A DNA stretch of 64,000 nt from a virus (IMGVR_UViG_3300032293_000813:87000-150999); one strand, 5' to 3'; positions 37,532-47,673 are shown, counted from the first letter of the stretch. The notes: generated by a model not told the origin, from the sequence alone. Program-made: numbers and translations.

Positions 37532-38899
37532 TCACTCATTATTAGATATATAGAAAAATGTAGGATACTTAGGAGATACTATTTTTTGACGAATCCTCTC
37601 ACTGGATAAACCGAAATAATCTGCCGCTTCTTTGAGTGAGTAAAATTGTATTCCATTACATTCTATGATAGGTATTTCACATCGTATATCACAATCTTTT
37701 AAACTATTTTCATTTTCATCATAGCTTACATCGGTTACAGGTGTAGCTAATTTAATCCAATGAGAATATATTTGAGAATTAGAAGATATTCTATTTCGTA
37801 TCTCGGATTCATCCAACCCAACATATTTTGCAATATGAACCGCTGATTCAAACAGATACCCATCTATACTATATTTTAAAATTGGTTTAGTTTCCTTTCC
37901 TATTATTTGCCAATCTTTGTATTTTATTTTATGAGAAAGGCATCGTCTTTCTACTTCAGATGCTACTAACTCATTTGGATTAAGTGAGATTGCTACTTCT
38001 CTGAATGATTTGTATTGTTTCCCATCAACCACACATTTGTAAGTCCCATCCCATTCAATATCCTCTGTTGCTAAATCGGGGTTTCCTTTTACGAATACTA
38101 ATACGTTTTGGTGAACCGATGCTACCTTACGATTGCGATTGAAATATGTATCCACAACTCTTCCGGCTTGATGTTGTGCGTTAAACAAAATCATATCGTT
38201 ATAGAAATTTAACCCAGCTTTCTCGCACGCTTGTATAGTTTTGTTTACTAACCCTCTATACTTTCCTATTTTATAATCTCCGGTCTTTGATACCTCTCTT
38301 ACTTCGGATACAACTACTATAAAAAATCTATTGTTCTTTAACTTTTGTGCCGATTTATCTAATATACGAAAATAAGTTTCATCAAATTCACTATCATCCA
38401 TATTTGATAAATCTCTATCGGAATCCGAATATTTTTCTAAACTATAATAAGGTGGACAAGTAAATACCAAATCATACTCTCCAGTTATTTCCGTATTGAT
38501 TGTATCTAATACTTCATCACTATCACCCACCATCCAATTTGGTTTGGTTGATTGCTTTTGGTTTTCTTCTATTTGTAATTTGGAAAGGTCTATTCCATCG
38601 TATTGATATCCCATTTCAGTTGCCACAATACCCCTAACACTCCCACCAGCAAATGGGTCTAATATCATTCCACCTTTAGGTGTGAACCATTGATACATAT
38701 GCTCACAAAGGGTTGCATCGAATATTGAAACAGATATTTCATCAGTATCCCAAAATTTACTTTTTGATACAGTATCTTCTCTACCGAGCTCAGATGTAAT
38801 ATTGTAAGTTTTAATCCAATACCGTTTACGGTCTTGCCATTCTTTAGTTCTTGTATCTAATATGGAGAATGGTTTTATCATATAAATGTAAAGATACAA
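37532..38899 (-). CDS. DNA amino-methyltransferase with C-terminal NUMOD1-like DNA-binding repeats
   Basis: Motif I DPFAGGSVRG then motif IV VFTCPPYY. Two C-terminal repeats I(D/N)G..F.S...A.Y.GL.ES.IR..I. Confidence 0.7.
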   Translation of the reverse strand: MYLYIYMIKPFSILDTRTKEWQDRKRYWIKTYNITSELGREDTVSKSKFWDTDEISVSIFDATLCEHMYQWFTPKGGMILDPFAGGSVRGIVATEMGYQYDGIDLSKLQIEENQKQSTKPNWMVGDSDEVLDTINTEITGEYDLVFTCPPYYSLEKYSDSDRDLSNMDDSEFDETYFRILDKSAQKLKNNRFFIVVVSEVREVSKTGDYKIGKYRGLVNKTIQACEKAGLNFYNDMILFNAQHQAGRVVDTYFNRNRKVASVHQNVLVFVKGNPDLATEDIEWDGTYKCVVDGKQYKSFREVAISLNPNELVASEVERRCLSHKIKYKDWQIIGKETKPILKYSIDGYLFESAVHIAKYVGLDESEIRNRISSNSQIYSHWIKLATPVTDVSYDENENSLKDCDIRCEIPIIECNGIQFYSLKEAADYFGLSSERIRQKIVSPKYPTFFYISNNE

Positions 38900-38951
38900 A
38901 AAAAGTTTGGAATTTCCAAACTTTCTTACAATTATATTTTATATTAATTGA

Positions 38952-39890
38952 TTAAAAATCCAATTCGGTGTCAGTATCTAAATTCATTACATACTTTTCT
39001 TCTATATCGGATAGATTTCTTCTGAATCCTTTCAAAGTTTCAGTTCCTTTTTTTAATTGAGTTAATAACGCTTCTTTTTTATTCAAATCCTTTTCTGTAA
39101 AGTATTTCTGTGATAATTCTTTTTGTGCATCTTCTAATTCTCTAACTTTTTTAGAAACGGCTAAAAACTTAACATACATCTTATTTATACCAACTTCGTT
39201 TACGGATTCGCCAAACTCACCTCTACCATCTTTTTCTGCTGCTCTCATTGCACCACCACTATTTCTCATTTCAGGAGAGGAGTTTTTAAGATATCGAATA
39301 ACTTCAATTTGTTTTGCTAATAAAACTTTATATAATTTAACATATTCTTCTTTAGAAACTAACTCATTTTTTAATAAGAATAATATAAGTGCCGGTTGTT
39401 TACCTCTAGTCTTTACATCAGATTGAGTAGTACCATTTAATTTAGCTAAATCATTTGCACTTCTTACTCTATATTCATGTTTATTACCTACTATCTTAGT
39501 TACAGGAGTTTGTGCATAAGCCATAGCTAACTCTAAAATTTCAGTAGGTGTCATATTTTTATCGGTATATTGTTTTTTACCTAAATCATATGTGGCTTCG
39601 TTTACCGATTCTTTTATAGGATTCATCTTCTCATCCGATACCCAATATGCAGTACCGCCACCGATTGAATGTTGGAACATCTTTTCCATTTTCTCAGCGT
39701 ATTTCTTAGCATCATTATATGAATTAAATACTTTTGGTTTATCGGTTGAACTAAATGATTTTTGGTCAAATTCCTTTTCCAACCCCTTACCCTGTCCCCT
39801 ACCTCTATTGTAGGTTACATAGTATTTCCTTTCGTTTAATGCATCTTTTAATCTCATAGGTATAAATATTAATTTATTTTGGTTTCCCAT
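38952..39890 (-). CDS. hypothetical protein
   Basis: ORF tiling. Confidence 0.4.
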   Translation of the reverse strand: MGNQNKLIFIPMRLKDALNERKYYVTYNRGRGQGKGLEKEFDQKSFSSTDKPKVFNSYNDAKKYAEKMEKMFQHSIGGGTAYWVSDEKMNPIKESVNEATYDLGKKQYTDKNMTPTEILELAMAYAQTPVTKIVGNKHEYRVRSANDLAKLNGTTQSDVKTRGKQPALILFLLKNELVSKEEYVKLYKVLLAKQIEVIRYLKNSSPEMRNSGGAMRAAEKDGRGEFGESVNEVGINKMYVKFLAVSKKVRELEDAQKELSQKYFTEKDLNKKEALLTQLKKGTETLKGFRRNLSDIEEKYVMNLDTDTELDF

Positions 39891-40422
39891 AAATCCTCTT
39901 TACAATTCTCTTATTAACCTTAGATAACTTACGAGTATAATACCCATCTCCTATGAATTCGGGATTCTTATCACTTCCCAATATATCTATTATCTTCTTT
40001 TCATCCCTAACAACAGGTGCTCCTGATGATTTCATAATATCCTCCATCTTCAAACTAGCCTCAATGAACCACCCATTTGTATTACACAATTGGATAACTT
40101 TTTTAACTACATCTGATTTTGCACTCTTCTTATTGTTAGTACCTAATAGGGCAATCTTATTACCGAATCTAGTTGGTTTGTATATGATAAAAGCATCTGG
40201 CTTCTTATCCGAATCCACATCTTTCAATGCAGTTGCTTTGTATTTGGATTGGAGTTCGGAAGCAGAATTAGCTGATAAATCCATACCTGCATTTAAGTAG
40301 GTAGTTTTATACATATCCCATATCTCTTCTATACCTTCATCATCTATTGATTTTAAATCTAAGGTTACCCACTTATTAGGTGGTATCTCTAACTCATTTA
40401 ATATTTCAGTTAATCTTATCAT
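39874..40422 (-). CDS. putative packaged internal protein A (N-terminal MIRLTEILNE; paralog of 40419..40967)
   Basis: Shared N-terminal decapeptide and C-terminal ...GDGYYTRK...GKPK similarity to the next gene. Confidence 0.5.
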   Translation of the reverse strand: MIRLTEILNELEIPPNKWVTLDLKSIDDEGIEEIWDMYKTTYLNAGMDLSANSASELQSKYKATALKDVDSDKKPDAFIIYKPTRFGNKIALLGTNNKKSAKSDVVKKVIQLCNTNGWFIEASLKMEDIMKSSGAPVVRDEKKIIDILGSDKNPEFIGDGYYTRKLSKVNKRIVKRIYGKPK

Positions 40423-40967
40423 CGTGGTTTTCCAAACATCATTTTAGTGTGAATAGTTCCTGCAATTTTTCTATCATATGAACCATCACCATTCCATTTA
40501 AGTTCTTTGCCCTTTAATGCTCTACGAACGGCATCTTCATCGTTAACAGGTACTAACCCCTTAGCCATAAATATATCTCTCATCTTACCGGAAACCTCTA
40601 CATAATATCCACCCTTCTTTAACTTATCCACCTGATGATTCACCGCTGCCGATTTACCTGCCGAAGAACCATCGTGCCCTAATGCAACAAATTTCTTACC
40701 AGCGGTTTTATACTTAGCTATTGTAACCGCATCTATCTCATCATCACCATCTACATCTATTACATCAAAGAAATCACCCTCATCAGGAAGGTCTTCTTTA
40801 TCTTTCACATTAGAATGACCACCTATGGGTGCATAAGCAGTTGAAATCAAATCAAATATTATTCTCTTAAAACGAGATAGTTCGGAACGCAGAATTGGAG
40901 TCCACGTATTTTGTGGTATCTCAAATCGTTTGTCTGTTTCTTTAAGTAAATCTTTTAATCGTATCAC
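40419..40967 (-). CDS. putative packaged internal protein B (MIRLKDLLKE)
   Basis: Tandem paralog of the previous gene; C-terminus ...GDGSYDRK...FGKPR. Confidence 0.5.
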   Translation of the reverse strand: MIRLKDLLKETDKRFEIPQNTWTPILRSELSRFKRIIFDLISTAYAPIGGHSNVKDKEDLPDEGDFFDVIDVDGDDEIDAVTIAKYKTAGKKFVALGHDGSSAGKSAAVNHQVDKLKKGGYYVEVSGKMRDIFMAKGLVPVNDEDAVRRALKGKELKWNGDGSYDRKIAGTIHTKMMFGKPR

Positions 40968-41533
40968 AATGTAATTTTTTTATCTATATCGTATTTTTCA
41001 TAAAAGTTATTAAGAATGTTTACTAAATCATCTACCATTCTTTTATGTTTCTTTTGAGAATCAATATCTCCATCTGCGAAATCCGTCTTTGTTAATATAG
41101 TAGATATTATCTCTCTAGCACGCATACCTTGTACTGAAAACTTTTCATTCATTTCTTTATTTTCTTTCCATAATAAATTAGAAAATTTTGAATACATATA
41201 TTTTTCAACCAATTTGTTTTCTAATTTTTTAAACTTAGCAGATTGGTCTCTTTTACCTATATAAGCATCCTTTTCAGTTTCTAATTTTATCTGATGTGTT
41301 ATCTCGTGTATAACGGCATATTCCGGGTCTTCCATTCTGTTTACATTAAATGAAATGTAAAGAGCTTTCATTGTTTTAGGATTGAACGTTATTGCAGCAC
41401 CACCCTTACCAATATTATTAAATTTTACAGGCAGAGGTGTTATTTTTAAATCCTTGCACAATGCTTCATAATACACTTTTATATTAGCAGGATTGCGAAC
41501 ACCTTCGGATAATATATCGCTTAACTTTATCAT
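40964..41533 (-). CDS. HExxH zincin-like protein C with MIKLSDILSE N-terminus (ORF extends to 41551; internal ATG preferred)
   Basis: IHEITHQ motif; using the internal Met leaves a 4-nt gap to the upstream gene and restores the family N-terminal motif. Confidence 0.45.
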   Translation of the reverse strand: MIKLSDILSEGVRNPANIKVYYEALCKDLKITPLPVKFNNIGKGGAAITFNPKTMKALYISFNVNRMEDPEYAVIHEITHQIKLETEKDAYIGKRDQSAKFKKLENKLVEKYMYSKFSNLLWKENKEMNEKFSVQGMRAREIISTILTKTDFADGDIDSQKKHKRMVDDLVNILNNFYEKYDIDKKITL

Positions 41534-41537
41534 ATTA

Positions 41538-42074
41538 TTAAATATTATCAATTATATAATCTAACGTATCATCCTTACCTTTTAAATCTTTCCAATGTTT
41601 GGAGTTAATAAACATAGGATATAAACCTGTCATATTAGTATCAGCTTCCATTTCCCACGGTAGGTTTCTATATGCGGAAATATCTGATTTCATTAATTTA
41701 CCATACTCCTTTGCATCGATATACTCCTTACCTTTCCATAGGATAGAAGTATAATCTTTGTTTGGTAATAACTCACCTTTGGATACCTGCTTAACGTGAG
41801 TTAATTCGTGTATCATAGATTGGATAATTCTTTTATATGATTGGTTAGGATTAAAGTGTAAATAGAATTTATTATTATCTACAGAGTTTGAGTTCAATGA
41901 TATATCACCAATCATACCTGCTTTATCTTTTTTCTTTACTATAATCTTAGCTTTAAACTTATACTTATCCATCATAAAAGAAACAACCGATTTAACCATT
42001 AAGGCTTCATATGGTTTCAATTTTAATGATGTTCCAAATAGGTCTTCCGATAGTATATCTCTTAACTTAATCAT
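41538..42074 (-). CDS. HExxH zincin-like protein D with MIKLRDILSE N-terminus (ORF extends to 42164; internal ATG preferred)
   Basis: MIHELTHVKQ; the internal Met start abuts the stop of the upstream gene at 42076. Confidence 0.45.
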   Translation of the reverse strand: MIKLRDILSEDLFGTSLKLKPYEALMVKSVVSFMMDKYKFKAKIIVKKKDKAGMIGDISLNSNSVDNNKFYLHFNPNQSYKRIIQSMIHELTHVKQVSKGELLPNKDYTSILWKGKEYIDAKEYGKLMKSDISAYRNLPWEMEADTNMTGLYPMFINSKHWKDLKGKDDTLDYIIDNI

Positions 42075-42075
42075 A

Positions 42076-43134
42076 TTACCATTTTTTGCAACTCCAATAT
42101 CTAGCTTTTGTTCTAGGTCCTGGTTCATCACAATTGTGTCTAGCTCTAAATGCTTTTCTCGCATCCGGATTCGATTTTCTTATTCTCATTGTTTCCTCAC
42201 CTGCCGCAGCCGCCGAAGTACCACCGTGTCCAAAGTTTACCTTAACAACATTGCCGGCAGGATTCTTTACATATACTTTAAACTTCTTAACATCACCTTG
42301 CATTGGTTTACCTAACTTAACTTCTCTACCCTGATACTCTGCTTCGTTTATCTCCGTAGTATATCCTTTTAAGAAATTAATAAAATCTTCTTCATCTTCA
42401 TCCTCTACATCTAACTCATCGTAATCATCTGTATTATCGTGTCCACATTTATGACAAAGATATGGGTCTTTACCACCATCGGATAAATCCCATTCCCATC
42501 CACACTCTGCACATTCTACTGATTGAGTTTCATTTTCATTAACAGGCACACAATTAGGAACTTGTCTATCTCCTTTCTTTTTCATACCAACTTGCTTATA
42601 TCCATCCCAACAAGCCTCATCTAATGCATTAGGTTCACCTTCATTAGCTACTTTCCAACCACCACCTTTACCTTTATAGTTTTTAGCCGCCCATCCGTTT
42701 GCATATGCAGATGGATATACATCGAATTTCTTTTTAGCCGCTGCTATAGATGCTGCCCATTTTGCTGGGTCAGTTGGAACATTCTTTTCTAAAAATAGAT
42801 TTAACTTCTCTTCTAAATTCATACTTTCATTTTTATCAACTCCAGTTTTTACAAATACAGGAGTTTGACCTTTCTTTTGCTCTCCGCCCTTTTTAGCATC
42901 ACCTGCTTTTGTTTGAGCAGTTTGTTTTCTTTTTACAAAGGATGCTCTACCATCTTTACCTAACTTAGCCGCTTTATCATTTGATAAACACGCTACATAT
43001 GATGAACCTTCCTCACTATCCCCACACTTACCAACCTTCTCTCCTTTGGAATTATACCTATCCCATCCACCGGTTGGACCTTTACCGAACCACTTACGAA
43101 GGTCTTCTGACAATATGGATGTTATTCTAATCAT
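42076..43134 (-). CDS. putative packaged internal protein E (MIRITSILSE), Lys/Gly-rich with Cys cluster and acidic stretch
   Basis: Shared N-terminal motif; VECAECGWEWD...CHKCGHDN Cys cluster; DEDEED acidic run. Confidence 0.45.
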   Translation of the reverse strand: MIRITSILSEDLRKWFGKGPTGGWDRYNSKGEKVGKCGDSEEGSSYVACLSNDKAAKLGKDGRASFVKRKQTAQTKAGDAKKGGEQKKGQTPVFVKTGVDKNESMNLEEKLNLFLEKNVPTDPAKWAASIAAAKKKFDVYPSAYANGWAAKNYKGKGGGWKVANEGEPNALDEACWDGYKQVGMKKKGDRQVPNCVPVNENETQSVECAECGWEWDLSDGGKDPYLCHKCGHDNTDDYDELDVEDEDEEDFINFLKGYTTEINEAEYQGREVKLGKPMQGDVKKFKVYVKNPAGNVVKVNFGHGGTSAAAAGEETMRIRKSNPDARKAFRARHNCDEPGPRTKARYWSCKKW

Positions 43135-43466
43135 TATAATTTAGCTATTAATGATTCATAATCTAACTCAATTGTAAACTGGTATGAACCCTGCTTATGT
43201 CTCGCATAGAAATCTAAACCGGTCTTCTTTTTTACATATTTGATAATCTCATCATATACTTCATTCACACTATACTTTTCTACCTTAGCCAAATCACCGA
43301 TAGTAGCAGGTAATAATAGTATTGTATCCGATTTAGGTGAAGTTACTATAAAGTTTGCTTTGAAGAACTCTAATTTCTTAGCTTCCGTAATTGGGGCAAC
43401 CTTAGATGGTTGTGTATTGATAACTGGTATAGAAACCACATTTGATACAATATCTTTTAATCTCAT
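43134..43466 (-). CDS. hypothetical protein (N-terminus MRLKDIVSN loosely related to the motif)
   Basis: ORF tiling. Confidence 0.4.
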   Translation of the reverse strand: MRLKDIVSNVVSIPVINTQPSKVAPITEAKKLEFFKANFIVTSPKSDTILLLPATIGDLAKVEKYSVNEVYDEIIKYVKKKTGLDFYARHKQGSYQFTIELDYESLIAKL

Positions 43467-43500
43467 AGTATTTTTCTTATATACATAAATATTAGGTTTT

Positions 43501-43528
43501 AAATAAAAAAGGGAGTATCAACTCCCCT
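43501..43528 (-). terminator. rho-independent terminator
   Basis: Minus strand GGGGAGT-TGAT-ACTCCC followed by TTTTTTATTT, immediately after the stop of 43528..43956. Confidence 0.6.
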
Positions 43529-43956
43529 TATATAATCTTATCTAATGTTTCTAAAAATTGCGGATTACCTATAGTATATAACTTACCCTCAACCTCATAT
43601 ATTATGTTTTTCCCATTACCTAACGCCCACCTCAATACCCAATTCAATACAACCGAATCCATTTTTTTACTATGTTCCATTACATCATAATAGGAAAGGG
43701 TATCATCGGTTGGATGCTTCTTATGTGAAATGACAACATTTGATAGAGTTGGTTTCATCCAATCCGGTATATCTTCATTCATCAACCATTCACAATTGTA
43801 GGAACGACAAGGATGTTGGGGTCTATTATCATATATAGTACACCCACATTTAGTATCATAGTGAGTACATTTAATACCATTACCCATAGGTACTCCAAAG
43901 ATTTCTGCTTTGAATCTACCATCACAACATTTGCCACATTCACCACACTCTCTCAT
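43528..43956 (-). CDS. Cys-rich protein (putative metal-binding)
   Basis: MRECGECGKCCDG...CTHYDTKCGC...CRSYNC. Confidence 0.4.
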   Translation of the reverse strand: MRECGECGKCCDGRFKAEIFGVPMGNGIKCTHYDTKCGCTIYDNRPQHPCRSYNCEWLMNEDIPDWMKPTLSNVVISHKKHPTDDTLSYYDVMEHSKKMDSVVLNWVLRWALGNGKNIIYEVEGKLYTIGNPQFLETLDKII

Positions 43957-45173
43957 TATCTAAATCCTATTGTTGATTTGCCTTTCTCCTCACTCTTATA
44001 CTCAGCCTCATTCACATTATAAATCTCTGTAAGTGTCATTGGTTTGGTTGCATCGTATGGAATCTTTAAGTGATTCAATACGGCATTAGAATCCTCAATT
44101 GATAACTTACCAAACTCATGCTCTGCAATCAATCTACCCTTTCTCAATAACGCCTCATCAATCTTTCTCTTATCCATATTGAATGTTGCCACAATCTGAA
44201 TGTTTAAGATATCGGAAAGGATACCATCTGTTAAGTTAAGAATGTTTGATACACCAACTGAGCCACCTGTATTTCTATCTGTGATTACTCTTTCCGCATC
44301 TTCGATGAAAAGAATAGAGTTGGCATTTTGAATTAAGAAAGGTGTCATCTCTGGTGAAGTAATGAAATCAGCTAAGTGAGGTGGAATGAATAACACTCTC
44401 TTACCTTTAATCTTAGAAGCCAAATACTTTAAGTAGTGAGTCTTTCCTGTTCCAGGAGTTCCATGCAATAGAACCAACCCCTTACCTTTCTTTTTGTTTA
44501 ATGTAGTTAGAATTTTATCATGCACTTTAGTAAAATCTTTACCATAGTTCAACTCAATATTCATTTGTTGTCTAGGTAATTCGAATGATTGAGTATCATA
44601 TCCATTTCTACTTGCTATAACTAATGAAACATTATTCGATTCCTCTCTTTGTTTTCTTGCAATACTCTTTACCCTTTCAACAATTGTATTATAAATTGTT
44701 TCTACAACGTTTGAATAAATTCTAATAGTTGCTATATCTCTAGCGTTACGAATTAGCTTCCCATTAAGTGGCATATATGTAACGTTCATTAACAATACAC
44801 CTCCATCGTTTTTCATCTCATACCATCGTGATGCACTATGTGAACCATTAACGTAATATTCACGCGAATGAATTTGTTTTAAGTTACAGTCATCTATAAA
44901 CGAAATGATATCTGAATTAGTAAATCTGTATTGGTCGGAAAGATTAAAGAAGTGAGTATAATGTTTACCTGTCACTTCTAATCCATATGAACCAATTGGA
45001 AAATCATCTGCATCAGTAGGTCTATATGGTATCAACGATGGTATCGAATCACCTCTATGAGAAGAATCTGCCATCATCTCTTTAATCATAGCAACATCAG
45101 CCTCACTCATCTCTTTTGGTTCTAAAAGTTTATCTCTTAACTGATTCTTAAATTTCCTAATGTTATCGCTCAT
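43956..45173 (-). CDS. AAA+ ATPase
   Basis: Walker A LLHGTPGTGKT, Walker B ILFIEDAE, arginine finger/sensor region ...LLRKGRL. Confidence 0.8.
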   Translation of the reverse strand: MSDNIRKFKNQLRDKLLEPKEMSEADVAMIKEMMADSSHRGDSIPSLIPYRPTDADDFPIGSYGLEVTGKHYTHFFNLSDQYRFTNSDIISFIDDCNLKQIHSREYYVNGSHSASRWYEMKNDGGVLLMNVTYMPLNGKLIRNARDIATIRIYSNVVETIYNTIVERVKSIARKQREESNNVSLVIASRNGYDTQSFELPRQQMNIELNYGKDFTKVHDKILTTLNKKKGKGLVLLHGTPGTGKTHYLKYLASKIKGKRVLFIPPHLADFITSPEMTPFLIQNANSILFIEDAERVITDRNTGGSVGVSNILNLTDGILSDILNIQIVATFNMDKRKIDEALLRKGRLIAEHEFGKLSIEDSNAVLNHLKIPYDATKPMTLTEIYNVNEAEYKSEEKGKSTIGFR

Positions 45174-45413
45174 ATTATTTTATTTTGATAATAATTTTAA
45201 AAATATTCTAATCAATCCTAATACTAATACATAGTATAAGCCAATTACTATTATTTCTACTGCTTTCATATTATTTTGCTTTAGCTTTCTTTCTGTTTGC
45301 AATATCTCTTAAATGTTGTATATGTTTTCTTTGTACAAAAATCATATAATACCAATTTATACCATTTATTATTAATGTAATTCCCAATACCCAATAAAAC
45401 GGATGTTCCATAA

Positions 45414-46139
45414 TTAGATAAACGTTTTCTGTTTATGTTTTAATATATGTTCTAATTTATATTTCTCATTTGGTCCAGATAAATGTTTCTTAGATATAAA
45501 TTTATGATATGATATAAAACTTATTTTATTTACCATACAGTACATTGAAAAGAAATATGTACATAAACTCATCTCTACACATTCATCAACTCTATTAAAA
45601 TAAACACCTTCTATATTTTCTTTATAGAACTGTTTTAGTTTATTATATTCGGAATAAAAATCTTTTATAAATCTATTATTATTCACCGTTATTAATCCTA
45701 AATTGAAATATCCTAATTTAGATTGCCAATATGGTATTATCTTTTCAACACCATTACTCTCCAATACTTTATTATACTTTTCATAGAATGCATTCTTATA
45801 GTGTTTCTTATATGCCTCAACCACTATATCGGATTCAAATGATGGTAATGCCTGATATAAAAATAAATCTCCATCTATTAAAGTAAATGGTTCGGTTTCA
45901 TTCACCATCACATAGAACTTTATATCATCTAAAAAATAATATTCAAAATCATCAGGCAATACTACAACCTCATCTACTAATCCTTCAAAGAAATCTTTAG
46001 AACTCTTATCTGTGTACGCACGAGTAAAATGATTTTGTTTACCTAACTCTATTGAAGTTTTATATAAAGATAGAATATCCTCATCTTTAATTTGTTTACT
46101 CCTATTCAACTTAGATGAGTATGTCCAAATCAGTTTCAT
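45414..46139 (-). CDS. hypothetical protein
   Basis: ORF tiling. Confidence 0.4.
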   Translation of the reverse strand: MKLIWTYSSKLNRSKQIKDEDILSLYKTSIELGKQNHFTRAYTDKSSKDFFEGLVDEVVVLPDDFEYYFLDDIKFYVMVNETEPFTLIDGDLFLYQALPSFESDIVVEAYKKHYKNAFYEKYNKVLESNGVEKIIPYWQSKLGYFNLGLITVNNNRFIKDFYSEYNKLKQFYKENIEGVYFNRVDECVEMSLCTYFFSMYCMVNKISFISYHKFISKKHLSGPNEKYKLEHILKHKQKTFI

Positions 46140-46375
46140 TTTTGTTTAGGGGTTTCTTTGATTACATTTACAGTATCTCTACCTAATGTTATAGTACCTA
46201 ATCTATATTCTATTATTCGTGTTTGTATTTCAACTCCTATATCTCTTGTTCTACGATACTTATCCCACTCATATATCGTACCCATACAGAATATAAACAT
46301 ACTATATCCTACTACAAATAATATCAATCCTATTAATTCTATTCTGTTTGATATCCAATTCTTTATTTTATTCAT
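46136..46375 (-). CDS. small membrane protein
   Basis: ORF tiling; TM helix. Confidence 0.35.
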   Translation of the reverse strand: MNKIKNWISNRIELIGLILFVVGYSMFIFCMGTIYEWDKYRRTRDIGVEIQTRIIEYRLGTITLGRDTVNVIKETPKQK

Positions 46376-46380
46376 AACTT

Positions 46381-46725
46381 TTATTTAATTGAATTTATTA
46401 ATTCCAAAAGGATATATGATAATTTATATCCTGCAAACGCACCTAACGCAGATGGATAAGGAAACACTATAAGTTTTCCGAAATCAGTTATATATTTAGG
46501 TCTATTTACTATCTTTCCCATAAATGTATAATATGTAATATATCCTACTAATACTGCTATATCCGTTCTGGTAGCAATGAATACTACTAATGTAGCACCT
46601 AAAAATCCAAATATAAAGTTATCTCTCACACCTTCCCAAACTTCTTTAGGTGAGGCATCTTTCCACTCTTTAATTATTTTTTGTAGCTGAGCCTTCTGTC
46701 TTCTCATAACTTTAATTTGATTCAA
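46381..46725 (-). CDS. membrane protein
   Basis: Two or more hydrophobic helices. Confidence 0.4.
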   Translation of the reverse strand: MNQIKVMRRQKAQLQKIIKEWKDASPKEVWEGVRDNFIFGFLGATLVVFIATRTDIAVLVGYITYYTFMGKIVNRPKYITDFGKLIVFPYPSALGAFAGYKLSYILLELINSIK

Positions 46726-46951
46726 TTCTAATTGTTATACCAGCATTACCTGCTGATATGAAATATTTATTATATCGGTTATCATTAATGAATCCATAAT
46801 TTTTGAATCTAAATATAACAACTTGCTTACCTTCTAAGATTGCCCATATTGCATTATCGGCATAATCGATGGATGGTTGTGTTATAAATCCCATCTTCCA
46901 ACTTTCCCTAAATTCGGGTTCCAATTCTTCCGGTGAAATATTAATTATCAT
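46712..46951 (-). CDS. hypothetical small protein
   Basis: ORF tiling. Confidence 0.35.
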   Translation of the reverse strand: MIINISPEELEPEFRESWKMGFITQPSIDYADNAIWAILEGKQVVIFRFKNYGFINDNRYNKYFISAGNAGITIRIESN

Positions 46952-46952
46952 A

Positions 46953-47138
46953 TTACGATTCTATTACAGCTTCAGGAATGTGTCTACAAAACCATATCCA
47001 CTCTTGTTGTTTTAATGCAATATCACACATCCAAAAATCTTTCAATGCAGTAGCATCTTTAACTTGCTCCACTTTTATTTTACGATATACCCAATAAAGT
47101 TCTCCATTAAATTCAACCAATTGTTTATTTAGTATCAT
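46953..47138 (-). CDS. hypothetical small protein
   Basis: ORF tiling. Confidence 0.3.
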   Translation of the reverse strand: MILNKQLVEFNGELYWVYRKIKVEQVKDATALKDFWMCDIALKQQEWIWFCRHIPEAVIES

Positions 47139-47139
47139 T

Positions 47140-47673
47140 TTATAAATCGTTTATTGCATCTGTTAATGCCTTTTTAAAATCTTTAGAAATACTATCTTGC
47201 TCTTTTATTGCTTTGATTAACTCTTCCATCATCTTACCATAATCAATTGTAGTGTGTGTAGTTCCACTATTCGTTACGGTGTTTATTATACCACTACTTC
47301 CTCCGTTTACTCTCTTTGATACATTAGTGAATAAACTATTCTTTCTTCTCACATCTAATACCTCATCAACTAAAACTTCAAATATTTGTCGGAAAGATGA
47401 TACAGATGAAATCATATCTTTGCTAACTTCTTTACGGGCACTAAACCTATCTTCATCCCATAATAATATATGAAAGTTAGTATCCGTAACTGCTTTCCAT
47501 TTATGACCAGGCCCTAATACATTCAATTCCCATTTTGGTTTATGTGATTGGTTTAAATCTAATACATCTGCCATATACTTTGTTTCATATGAATTATGTA
47601 TTGGATTAACAATAGAAAATCCTTTGTAGGTAACCCCACTTATCTTTTCCCAACCTTTTATTTTGATATCCAT
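47140..47673 (-). CDS. hypothetical protein
   Basis: ORF tiling. Confidence 0.4.
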   Translation of the reverse strand: MDIKIKGWEKISGVTYKGFSIVNPIHNSYETKYMADVLDLNQSHKPKWELNVLGPGHKWKAVTDTNFHILLWDEDRFSARKEVSKDMISSVSSFRQIFEVLVDEVLDVRRKNSLFTNVSKRVNGGSSGIINTVTNSGTTHTTIDYGKMMEELIKAIKEQDSISKDFKKALTDAINDL

